A stretch of DNA of 64,000 nt from Candidatus Poribacteria bacterium (lineage in GTDB: Bacteria > Poribacteria > WGA-4E > GCA-2687025), in NCBI GenBank assembly GCA_963665845.2, contig OY762492.1:3886615-3950614 (forward strand), read 5' to 3'. Below the pieces are notes generated by a model. That model did no database searches. It saw only the letters and a program-made list of their open reading frames with translations, and was not told where the DNA came from. The position numbers were made by a program, and so were the translations under genes. Within the stretch, counting starts at the first letter, position 1. Each line of letters opens with the position of its first letter. Positions 9,282 to 19,300 of this stretch are shown piece after piece.

Positions 9282-12200
9282 ATGGCGAAAGGCAAACGCA
9301 TGAACTTGATCAAAACGCGCCGCCAATGGACGACTCGAAACCGCAAAGGAATTTCCATGATGTTCGCTCCGAAAAAGACCGCCTCTCTGCTTCACATGTT
9401 CGCGCTTCTGGTCTGCTCCAGCTTCGTTCTCCTGACAGGCGCCTCCGCGCAAGAAAACGCCGGCGCCGACTACACATTTGAGACGATTGAGGTTCCGGGC
9501 GTCGATTTCTTGTCGCTGACAGCGAGCAGCGACTTTGAAGATTACGCCGGCTACACGCTGAACGCGGACGGCAAAGAGGTCGCTTTCACGCTCATCGACG
9601 GCAACTTCAAAACGTACGATTTCCCCGGCTCGCAGAGTACCCGTTTCTTTGCGCTCGGCAACAACGGAAACGCCGCCGGCTACTACGTGGACAGCGAAGG
9701 CCTTCACAAGGGCGTCGTCCTGTTGAACGGCGAGCTGCAGTCGTACGATTTTCCAAACTCCGTCCAGACGGAGATATACGGCATCAGCGACGCGACGGGA
9801 GCCTTGACCGGCAATTTCACGGACGCTGACGGCATTCGCCGCGGGTTCTCTGGGGAAAAGATCATTGAGTATCCCGGCGCGCTGGAAACTTTTTCCGACT
9901 TCGTGAATGCGAGAGGGCTTCTGGTCGGCAGCTATGTAGACGCTGACGGGATATACCATGCCTACGGCCTTCTTCCAAACGGGCGGTTTGTTCCGATCAA
10001 CCTTGAAGACGCAGCCACTCTGGAATACTTCTTTGTGCATGGCATCAACGACGCCGGGGCGATCGTCGCCCGCGCCAAACGGACGGGAGCTGTTCCGCTG
10101 ACCTATATCGGCAGCGCGTCTGAAGGGCTGCAAGAATTCAAGGTTCCGGGCAGCGTTAGCACCGAGGGGTACAATATCAATCAGGACGGCTCCATCGTCG
10201 GACACTACGAATCCGAGGACGGGCGGCGATACGGGTTTATCGCCAAACCCGCAGAGGACGATGATCCCATTGACCGCCCCGACGTTCTCGCCTACACTTT
10301 TGAAAGTATCGATGTCCCGGGCGTCGATTATTTGGCGTTGACGGCGAGCAGCGATTTTGAGGATTACGCCGGCTACGCGAAAAGCGCCGACGGTGAAAAA
10401 ATGGTCGCCTTCACGCTCATGGACGGCGTCTTCAAAACGTACGATTTTCCAGGGTCGAAGAACACGTACTTCTACGCGCTCGCGAACAACGGGACCGCCG
10501 CCGGATATTACGAGGATAGCGATGGGTTGAGCCGCGGCGTCCTCTTGGTGAACGGCGAACTGCATTCGTTCGATTATCCAAATTCCGTTGAAACGGAGAT
10601 CTACGGCATTAGCGACGTCACCGGCGCGCTGACAGGCAATTTCACGGACGCTTCCGGGGTTCGCCGCGGATTCTCAGGAGAGACCATCGTTGAAGTCCCC
10701 GGCGCCTTGGCAACGTACGCCGATTATGTGAACGCGAGCGGGCGTATTGTGGGCGGCTACATAGACGCTGACGGCATACCTCATGCGTATGTGCGCACTC
10801 CGGACAACAGGTTTGTAACGATCGACGTGGATAACCCTGAAGACCAGGAATACCATTTTCTGCATGGCATCAGCAATGCCGGGATTTTCATCGGCCGCGC
10901 CAAAGCGGTGGACGGGGCTCCGATCACTTATGTCGGCACAGCGCTCCAAGGGGATACGGAGTTGCATTTTCCAGGCAGCGTCAGTACCAACGGATGGAAT
11001 ATCAACCAGGACGGCTCTGTCGTTGGGTACTACGACACAGCGGACGGCCGCAGACGCGGGTTTGTCGCCAGGCTCGCCGGCGACGCCCCCGAACCTCCGC
11101 CCGCCGACGACAACTACACTTATGAGCCGATCTACGTCCCGGGCGTCGATTTCTTGTCGGTGACATCGAGCAGCGATTTTGAAGATTACGCTGGGTACAC
11201 GCTGAACGCCGACGGCAAAGAGGTTGCCTTCACGCTCATCGACGGCGACTTCAAAACGTACGATTTCCCAGGTTCGCAGAGTACCCGTTTCTTTGCGCTC
11301 GGCAACAACGGAAACGCCGCCGGCTACTACGTGGACAGCGAAGGCCGTCACAAGGGCGTCGTCCTGTTGAACGGCGCGCTGCAGCCGTACGATTTTCCAA
11401 ACTCGGTCCAGACCGAGATATGGGGCATCAGCGACTCGACGGGAGCCTTGACCGGCAATTTCATCGACGCATCCGGAATTCGCCGCGGGTTTTCAGGACA
11501 GGAGATCATCGAATATCCTGGCGCGGCTGAAACATACGCCGATTTTGTGAACTCAAACGGCGGCATGGTCGGCAGCTATGTGAATGCGGACGGCGTCTAT
11601 TATCCGTACATACGCACCCCGACCGGCAGATTCACGTCTGTTGAGCTGGCAAGGGCGGCCTTTCTGGAATACTTTTTCGTGCATGGCATCAACGACGCAA
11701 GGACGGTTGTCGCGCGGACGAAACCGAAGGGCGGCGTCCCGCAAACCTATGTCGGCACATTTCAGGGAGGGCTTGAGCCGTTTAAGGTTCCAGGCAGCGC
11801 CAGCACGGAGGGGTATAACATCAATCAGGACGGCTCTATTGTCGGGCATTACGATTCTGCAGACGGCAAACGGTATGGCTTCATCGCCAAACCGATTGAC
11901 GACGCCGAGCCGCCCGTTCCGACGCCCTCCGAGTTTCACTTCGTTTTTGAGACGATTGACGTTCCCGGCGTGGAGTATCTGGAGCTGACTGCAAGCAGCG
12001 ACTTTGAAGATTACGCCGGCAACACGAAAAGCGCCGACGGCAAAAAGACGATCGCCTTCACGCTCATCGACGGCGTCTTCAAAACGTACGATTTTCCTGG
12101 GTCGAAGAACACGTACTTCTACGCCCTCGGCAACAACGGACGCGCCGCTGGACACTACGAAGACAGCGAAGGGCGCCATCATGGCGTCGTCTTGGTGAAC

Positions 12201-13661
12201 GGCAATCTGCATCCGTTCGATTTTCCAAATTCCGTTGAAACGGAAATCTACGGCATCAGCGACGCGACCGGCGCCTTGACCGGCAATTTCACAGACGCCG
12301 CCGGCATTCGCCGCGGATTCACCGGACAGAGAGTTATTCAGGTTCCCGGCGCCCCGCAAACATACGCCGACTTTGTGAACGCAAGCGGGCGTCTGGTCGG
12401 CAGCTATGTAGACGCGGACGGCGTCTATCATCCATACTCGGTCACCGCGGCCGGCAGATTCACATTGCTCGAACTTCCATCAGCGGAGGCGTTTGAGTAC
12501 TACTTTATACACGGCATCAACGACATCGGCGTTCTCGTCGGCCGCGCCAAAAAGTTTGACGATGTTCCGACCACCTATGTCGGCTCGCTCCAGCATGGGC
12601 TGCATAAATTGCGCTTCCCCGGCAGCGTCAGCACGGAGGGCTGGAACATCAATCAGGACGGCTCCATCGTCGGCAACTACGTCTCGCAAGACGGCAGGCG
12701 GCACGGCTTTATCGCCAAACCTGTCGACAAAGAAGTGAGCGACGCGTACAGCAACGCCTACACCGTCAGATTGACAAAAGGCCTCAACATGATCTCGGTA
12801 CCGCTGAAGCCGTCGGCGCCCATGAACGCGAAGGCGCTCGCCGGGCTGACAGGCTCCACTACCGTTATCAGGTTGGACGAGGCGAAGCAGCGTTTCGTCG
12901 GCTGGACGCCCGCCGCCCCGAACGACGGCTTCGACATCGAAGGCGGCAAGGGGTATATCGTCAATGTGCCGACGACGCGCCAATTCGCCTTCGCCGGCGC
13001 GGCTTGGACAGACCCTGTCGAGACAGCGCAGGGCGCGCCGCCTCTCTTCATAGAAACGCCCCAAGAAACATGGGCGTTCGTAGTGAGCGGACATCTGGAA
13101 AGCAAGCGCGCGCTGGACGGATACCGCGTTGTCGTGCGCAACCGCAGAACGAACGAAACGTTCTCGGCGTCAGTGCAGAACGGTTACTTCGCCGCCGCGA
13201 CGGCTGACTTGTCGCGCCGAAGCGTTGTTGAAATGGGAGACGCGATGGAGCTGCGGGTTGTCGGTCCGGACGGCAATATCGAATCGCAAACCTTCCGCTT
13301 TGACGTAACTTCAGAACATCTCGCCAACGCCGTTCTGCCCGTTACGCTGTACGGGATCGGCATGCCCTCGCAGAGTCGGCTGCTGCCGAATTATCCGAAC
13401 CCGTTCAACCCTGAAACCTGGATTCCGTACCAGCTCGCGGAAGACAGCGAGGTCTCGATTGAGATCTACGATTCGTCCGGCAGGCTGATTCGCTCCCTCT
13501 CGCTCGGCTATCAGTCCGCGGGCTTTTACAACAGCCGCGGCAGAGCCGCTTACTGGGACGGACGCAACGCGGTCGGAGAGCAGGTTGCCAGCGGCGTCTA
13601 CTTTTACCAGCTGAAGACGCCCTCATTCCGCCAAACGCGGCGGCTCCTCATTTTGAAATGA
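9282..13661 (+). CDS. Array paralog 3: secreted protein, 4 modules + FlgD/T9SS-like tail
   Basis: Module starts YTFETIEVPG, YTFESIDVPG, YTYEPIYVPG, FVFETIDVPG. Confidence 0.9.
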   Translation: MAKGKRMNLIKTRRQWTTRNRKGISMMFAPKKTASLLHMFALLVCSSFVLLTGASAQENAGADYTFETIEVPGVDFLSLTASSDFEDYAGYTLNADGKEVAFTLIDGNFKTYDFPGSQSTRFFALGNNGNAAGYYVDSEGLHKGVVLLNGELQSYDFPNSVQTEIYGISDATGALTGNFTDADGIRRGFSGEKIIEYPGALETFSDFVNARGLLVGSYVDADGIYHAYGLLPNGRFVPINLEDAATLEYFFVHGINDAGAIVARAKRTGAVPLTYIGSASEGLQEFKVPGSVSTEGYNINQDGSIVGHYESEDGRRYGFIAKPAEDDDPIDRPDVLAYTFESIDVPGVDYLALTASSDFEDYAGYAKSADGEKMVAFTLMDGVFKTYDFPGSKNTYFYALANNGTAAGYYEDSDGLSRGVLLVNGELHSFDYPNSVETEIYGISDVTGALTGNFTDASGVRRGFSGETIVEVPGALATYADYVNASGRIVGGYIDADGIPHAYVRTPDNRFVTIDVDNPEDQEYHFLHGISNAGIFIGRAKAVDGAPITYVGTALQGDTELHFPGSVSTNGWNINQDGSVVGYYDTADGRRRGFVARLAGDAPEPPPADDNYTYEPIYVPGVDFLSVTSSSDFEDYAGYTLNADGKEVAFTLIDGDFKTYDFPGSQSTRFFALGNNGNAAGYYVDSEGRHKGVVLLNGALQPYDFPNSVQTEIWGISDSTGALTGNFIDASGIRRGFSGQEIIEYPGAAETYADFVNSNGGMVGSYVNADGVYYPYIRTPTGRFTSVELARAAFLEYFFVHGINDARTVVARTKPKGGVPQTYVGTFQGGLEPFKVPGSASTEGYNINQDGSIVGHYDSADGKRYGFIAKPIDDAEPPVPTPSEFHFVFETIDVPGVEYLELTASSDFEDYAGNTKSADGKKTIAFTLIDGVFKTYDFPGSKNTYFYALGNNGRAAGHYEDSEGRHHGVVLVNGNLHPFDFPNSVETEIYGISDATGALTGNFTDAAGIRRGFTGQRVIQVPGAPQTYADFVNASGRLVGSYVDADGVYHPYSVTAAGRFTLLELPSAEAFEYYFIHGINDIGVLVGRAKKFDDVPTTYVGSLQHGLHKLRFPGSVSTEGWNINQDGSIVGNYVSQDGRRHGFIAKPVDKEVSDAYSNAYTVRLTKGLNMISVPLKPSAPMNAKALAGLTGSTTVIRLDEAKQRFVGWTPAAPNDGFDIEGGKGYIVNVPTTRQFAFAGAAWTDPVETAQGAPPLFIETPQETWAFVVSGHLESKRALDGYRVVVRNRRTNETFSASVQNGYFAAATADLSRRSVVEMGDAMELRVVGPDGNIESQTFRFDVTSEHLANAVLPVTLYGIGMPSQSRLLPNYPNPFNPETWIPYQLAEDSEVSIEIYDSSGRLIRSLSLGYQSAGFYNSRGRAAYWDGRNAVGEQVASGVYFYQLKTPSFRQTRRLLILK

Positions 13662-13668
13662 AAACAGC

Positions 13669-16374
13669 ATGATGAAAGACAAACGCATGAACCAGATCAA
13701 AACGCTCCGCTCATGGACGACTCGAAACCGCAAAGGGATTCGCATGAAAAAGACCGCCTCTCTGCTTCGCATGTTTGCGCTTCTCGTCTGCTCCAGCTTC
13801 GTTTTCCTGACAGGCGCCGCCGCGCAAGACAACGCCGGCGGCGACTACACGTTTGAAACCATCGAGGTTCCAGGCGTCGATTTCTTGTCGCTGACAGCAA
13901 GCAACGATTTTGAAGATTACGCCGGCTACACGCGCAACGCCGACGGCAAAGAGGTCGCTTTCACGCTCATGGACGGCGTCTTCAAGACGTACGATTTCCC
14001 AGGGTCGCAGAAAACGCATTTCTACGCGCTCAGCAACAACGGAAAAGCCGCCGGCCTCTACGTGGACAGCGGCGGTCTGTACCATGGCGTCGTCTTGGAA
14101 AACGGAGAACTGCGCCAATACGATTTTCCGGATTCTGTTCAGACGGAGATCTACGGCATCAGCGACGCGACGGGCGATTTGACCGGCAATTTCACCGACG
14201 CTTCAGGCGTCCGCCGCGGGTTCACCGGCGCCGCTGTCATTGAAGCGCCTGGGGCGACGGCAACGTTTGCCGATTTCATGAACACGCAAGGCGTCGTATC
14301 GGGCAGCTACATCGACGCCGAAGGCGACTACCGCCCGTACGCGCTTCTCCCCACCGGCGACTTCATCGCCGCTGATTTTTCTATCCCAGGCGCTTCGGGA
14401 GAGGCAGAGTTGGAATACCTGTTTGTGCATGCCATCTCGGAGACGATCGTTGCCGTCGTTAGGGCAAAAGCGGTCGGCGATGTCCCTCGAACCTATATCG
14501 GCACATTGGGAGTGCTGCATGAGCTGCGCGTTCCGGACAGCGTCAGCACGGAGGGCTGGAATATCAATCAGGACGGCTCCGTCGTCGGATACTACGACAC
14601 GGCAGACGGGCGGCGGCATGGGTTCCGCGCCGAACCTGCAGTGGAGGAAGCCGCCGGCGGCTATGTTTTTGAGAGCATCGATGTTCCCGGCGTCAACTTT
14701 TTAGAGATCGCCGCGAGCAGCGATTTCGACGATTACGCCGGCAACACGAAAAGCGCCGACGGCAAAAAGACGATCGGCTTCACGCTCATTGACGGCGTCT
14801 TCAAAACGTACGATTTTCCAGGGTCAAAGAACACGTACTTCTACGCCCTCGGCAACAACGGAAACGCCGCCGGACATTATGAGGACAGCGACGGTCTCTA
14901 CCATGGCGTCGTCTTGGAAAACGGAGAGCTGCGCCAGTACGATTATCCGGGCGCCGTTCAAACGTTCCTGCGGGGAATTAGCGACGCGACGGGAGCCTTG
15001 ACAGGCGATTTCATTGACGAGTCCGGCATTCGCCGCGGATTCTCCGGAGATTTAATCGTTGAAGTTGACGGGGCGACGGCGACGTACGCCGATTTCATCA
15101 ACGCGGACGGCGTCATCGTCGGCAGCTACGTGGACGCGGACGGGATCTACTATCCGTATGTGCGCATTCCGAACGGCAGTTATGTGACGCTTCCAGGCTC
15201 GCCGCATCTGGAATACTTTCATTTTCACGGCATCAACGATGAGGGGCTTTTGGTTGTCCGATACAAAGCGGCGGGCGACGTCCCGCGAACGGCGGTCGGC
15301 ACCTTCACAGACCAAGTCTCCTTGGAGTTTCCAGGCAGCGTCAGCACGGAGGGCTGGAACATCAACCAGGACGGCTCCGTCGTCGGGAACTATGTCTCGC
15401 CCGACGGGCGCCGGCATGGGTTCATCGCTAGACCTGCCGCCAAGGAGATGAGCGACGCGTACAACAACGCTTACACCGTCACATTGGCGAAGGGTCTCAA
15501 CATGATCTCGGTACCGTTGAAACCGTCGGCGCCGATGAACGCAAAAGCGCTCGCAGGGCTGACAGGCTCCACTACCGTTATCAGGTTGGACGAGGCGAAA
15601 CAGCGTTTCGTCGGCTGGACGCCCGGCGCTCCGAACGACGGCTTCGACATCGAAGGCGGCAAGGGGTATATCGTCAATGTTCCGACAGCGCGCCATTTTG
15701 CCTTCGCCGGCGCGGCTTGGACAGACCCTGTCGAGACAGCGCAGGGCGCGCCTCCGCTCTTCATAGAAACGCCCCAAGAAACATGGGCGTTCGTTGTGAG
15801 CGGATACCTGGAAAGCAAGCGCGCCTTGGACGGGTACAAAGTTCTCGTCAGGAACCGCAGAACGAACGAAACGATCACGGCGTCAGTGCGGGACGGTTAC
15901 TTCGCCGCCGCGGCGGCCGACCTGTCGCGCCGAAGCGTTGTGGAAGCGGGAGACGCGATGGAGCTGCGGGTCGTCGGTCCGGACGGCAATATCGAATCGC
16001 AAACCTTCCGCTTCGACGTGACTTCAGAGCATCTTGCAAAAGCGGTTCTACCGGTCAGGCTGTACGGCGTCGGCATGCCTTCGCAGAGTCGACTGCTGCA
16101 GAACTATCCGAACCCGTTCAACCCTGAAACGTGGATTCCGTATCAACTCGCGGAAGACAGCGAGGTCTCGATAGAGATATACGACGCTTCAGGGAGGCTG
16201 ATTCGTTCGCTCTCGCTTGGTCGTCAATCCGCGGGCTTTTACAACAGCCGCGGCAGAGCCGCTTACTGGGACGGACGCAACGCGGTCGGTGAGCAGGTCG
16301 CCAGCGGCGTCTACTTTTACCAGCTGAAGACGCCCTCATTCCGCCAAACGCGCCGGCTTCTCATTTTGAAATGA
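13669..16374 (+). CDS. Array paralog 4: secreted protein, 2 modules + FlgD/T9SS-like tail
   Basis: Same architecture. Confidence 0.9.
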   Translation: MMKDKRMNQIKTLRSWTTRNRKGIRMKKTASLLRMFALLVCSSFVFLTGAAAQDNAGGDYTFETIEVPGVDFLSLTASNDFEDYAGYTRNADGKEVAFTLMDGVFKTYDFPGSQKTHFYALSNNGKAAGLYVDSGGLYHGVVLENGELRQYDFPDSVQTEIYGISDATGDLTGNFTDASGVRRGFTGAAVIEAPGATATFADFMNTQGVVSGSYIDAEGDYRPYALLPTGDFIAADFSIPGASGEAELEYLFVHAISETIVAVVRAKAVGDVPRTYIGTLGVLHELRVPDSVSTEGWNINQDGSVVGYYDTADGRRHGFRAEPAVEEAAGGYVFESIDVPGVNFLEIAASSDFDDYAGNTKSADGKKTIGFTLIDGVFKTYDFPGSKNTYFYALGNNGNAAGHYEDSDGLYHGVVLENGELRQYDYPGAVQTFLRGISDATGALTGDFIDESGIRRGFSGDLIVEVDGATATYADFINADGVIVGSYVDADGIYYPYVRIPNGSYVTLPGSPHLEYFHFHGINDEGLLVVRYKAAGDVPRTAVGTFTDQVSLEFPGSVSTEGWNINQDGSVVGNYVSPDGRRHGFIARPAAKEMSDAYNNAYTVTLAKGLNMISVPLKPSAPMNAKALAGLTGSTTVIRLDEAKQRFVGWTPGAPNDGFDIEGGKGYIVNVPTARHFAFAGAAWTDPVETAQGAPPLFIETPQETWAFVVSGYLESKRALDGYKVLVRNRRTNETITASVRDGYFAAAAADLSRRSVVEAGDAMELRVVGPDGNIESQTFRFDVTSEHLAKAVLPVRLYGVGMPSQSRLLQNYPNPFNPETWIPYQLAEDSEVSIEIYDASGRLIRSLSLGRQSAGFYNSRGRAAYWDGRNAVGEQVASGVYFYQLKTPSFRQTRRLLILK

Positions 16375-16381
16375 GAACTGC

Positions 16382-19300
16382 ATGATGAAAGGGAAACGCA
16401 TGAACCTGATCAAAACGCTTCGCATGTCGGCGCTGTTCGTCTGTCTCAACGCCGTTCTTTTGACGGGCGCCGCCGCCCAAGACAACGGCGCCCTCGAGTA
16501 CACTTTTGAGACGATCTCCGTTCCAGGCGTCGATTTCCTATCGCTGACGGCAAGCAGCGATTATGAAGATTACGCCGGCTACACGCGCAACGCGGACGGC
16601 AAAGAGGTCGGTTTCACTCTAATTGACGGCGTCTTCAAGACGTACGATTTTCCCGGCTCGAAGAAAACCCGTTTCTTTGCGCTCGGCAACAACGGAAACG
16701 CCGCCGGCTACTACGAAGACAGCGAAGGCCGCCACCGCGGCGTCGTCTTGGAGAACGGCGAGCTGCGCCAATACGATTTTCCTGGCTCCATCGAAACGGA
16801 GATCTACGGCATCAGCGACGCGACAGGCGCGATGACAGGACAGTTCGTCGGCGAGGATGGCGTTCGCCGCGGTTTCACTGGAGAGAGAGTCGTTGAGATT
16901 CCTGGAGCGACCGCGACATACGCCGATTTTATCAATTCGCACGGCGTATTGGTAGGCTCCTACACTGATGAGAACGGCATATTTCACCTATACATAGAGT
17001 ACATGGGCGAATGGTCTTCATACCCCATTCAAAATGCGGAACAATTCGAATACGCGTTTGTGCATGGGGTCACTGACCTATTTACCGCCATCTTCCGCGC
17101 TAAAAAGCTGGGCGATGTGCCGCGCACCTTTGTCGGCCAGATCGCCCCCGAATCAGAATTGCGCGTTCCGGGCGCTGTTGTCACAGAAGGCTGGAACATC
17201 AATCAGGACCACTCCGTCGTCGGATACTATGAAACGGCAGACGGAAAACGGCATGGGTTTGCCGCCAACCCGGTCGACGAGCTCGACTATGTTTACGAGA
17301 CGATTGAGGTTCCGGGCGTCGACTTTTTAGCGGTGGCGGCGAGCAGCGACTTTCAAGATTACGCCGGCTTCACGCGGAACGCGGACGGCAAAGAAGTCGC
17401 CTTCACGCTCATTGACGGCGTCTTCGAGATGTACGATTTTCCCGGCTCGCAGAAAATGCATTTCTACGCGCTCGGCAACAACGGAAACGCCGCCGGCTAC
17501 TATGTGGACAGCGAAGGCAAACATCGAGGCGTCGTCTTAGAAAACGGCGACTTGCGTCCGTACGATTTTCCGGGGTCTGTCGAAACCGAGATATGGGGCA
17601 TCAGCGATACGACAGGCGGCTTGACCGGCAATTTCGTAGGCGCCGACGGCGTACGGCGCGGATTCACACACGATGAAATCGTTGAAGTTCCTGGAGCCGT
17701 AGCAACTTATGCCGATTTCGTGAGTCCAGAAGGTGTAATGGTCGGCAGCTACATAGACGCTGACGGGGTGTACCATCCGTACCGGAGCGATCTTAACGAC
17801 GGAAATATCGTCACCTTTGACCTCCAAGCCGCAGAGTCTTTTGAGTACTATTTTGTGCATGGGGCCGCGGACCTCGCCCCGCATCTGAGGCAATCCCAAA
17901 TGCATCTGATGCGATCCAAAAAGATCGGCGATGTACCGCGCACGCATGTCGGGGATGTGTTCGGAAAGCGGCAAGAGCTGCAATTTCCGGGCAGCGTTTG
18001 GACGCAAGGTTACAATATCAACGCGGACCTGTCGGTGGTCGGATATTATGAAGCAGCCGACGGCAGCTTGCATAGTTTTGTCGCCAGGCTCGTCCGCGAA
18101 GCCCCTGAACCTCCGCCCGACGACGACAACTACACGTTTGAGCCGATCCACGTTCCAGGCGTCGATTTCTTGTCGGTGACAGCGAGCAGCGACTTTGAAG
18201 ATTACGCCGGCTACACGCGCAACGCCATCGGAAAAGAGATCGCCTTCACGCTCATCGACGGCGTCTTCACAACCTACGATTTCCCAGGGTCGCAAAAAAC
18301 GCATTTCTACGCGCTCGGCAACAACGGAACCGCCGCCGGCCATTATATGGACAGCGGCGGTCTGTACCATGGCGTCGTTTTGGAGAACGGCGAACTGCGC
18401 CAATACGATTTTCCAAACTCGGTACAGACGGAGATATACGGCATCAGCGACTCGACGGGAGCGATGACAGGAAATTTCGTCGGCGAGGATGGCGTTCGCC
18501 GCGGATTTTCAGGCGACACCATCGTTGAATTCCCAGGGGCGGCGGAAACATACGCCGATTTTGTGAGCGGGCTGGGCAATGTCGTCGGCAGTTATGTTGA
18601 CGCCGACGGCGGCTACAACGCCTACCTGCGCGGCCCTGGAGGCAGTTTTGCGACACTGGATATTCCAGCGGTGTCCAATCTGGAATACTTTTATCTGCAT
18701 GGAATCAACGATGCGCTGGTCGCCGTTGGCCGCGCCAAAGCGGTCGGCGATGTGCCGCGCACCTATGTCGGCAACCCGCTCAATCTCAAAGAATTGCGTG
18801 TCCCGTACAGCGTCACGGAGGGCTGGAATATCAATCAGGACGGCTCCGTCGTCGGACACTACGACTCGGACGGACGCCGACTTGGGTTTATCGCTCGACC
18901 AAAAGAGGCGTCCCCGCCCGGCGTCCCGCATCCGAAACTGACCTACAGATTTGAGACGATAGAGGTTCCGGGCGTCGATTTTTTAGCGGTGACCGCCAGC
19001 AGCGACTTTGAAGATTATGCGGGCAACACGCCGGGTCCTGACGGCAAAATGGTCGGCTTTACGCTGATTGACGGCGTTTTCACCACCTATGATTTCCCCG
19101 GCTCGCAAGGCGTCTATTTCTATGCGCTCGGCAACGACGGAAAAGCCGCTGGACACTACTTAGACAGCGATGGTCTGTACCACGGCGTGATCTTAGAAAA
19201 CGGCGAACTGCGGCAGTACGATTTTCCGGGCGCCGTTCAAACGGAGATATACGGTCTCAGCGATTCGACCGGCGCCTTGACAGGGAATTTCATAGACGCT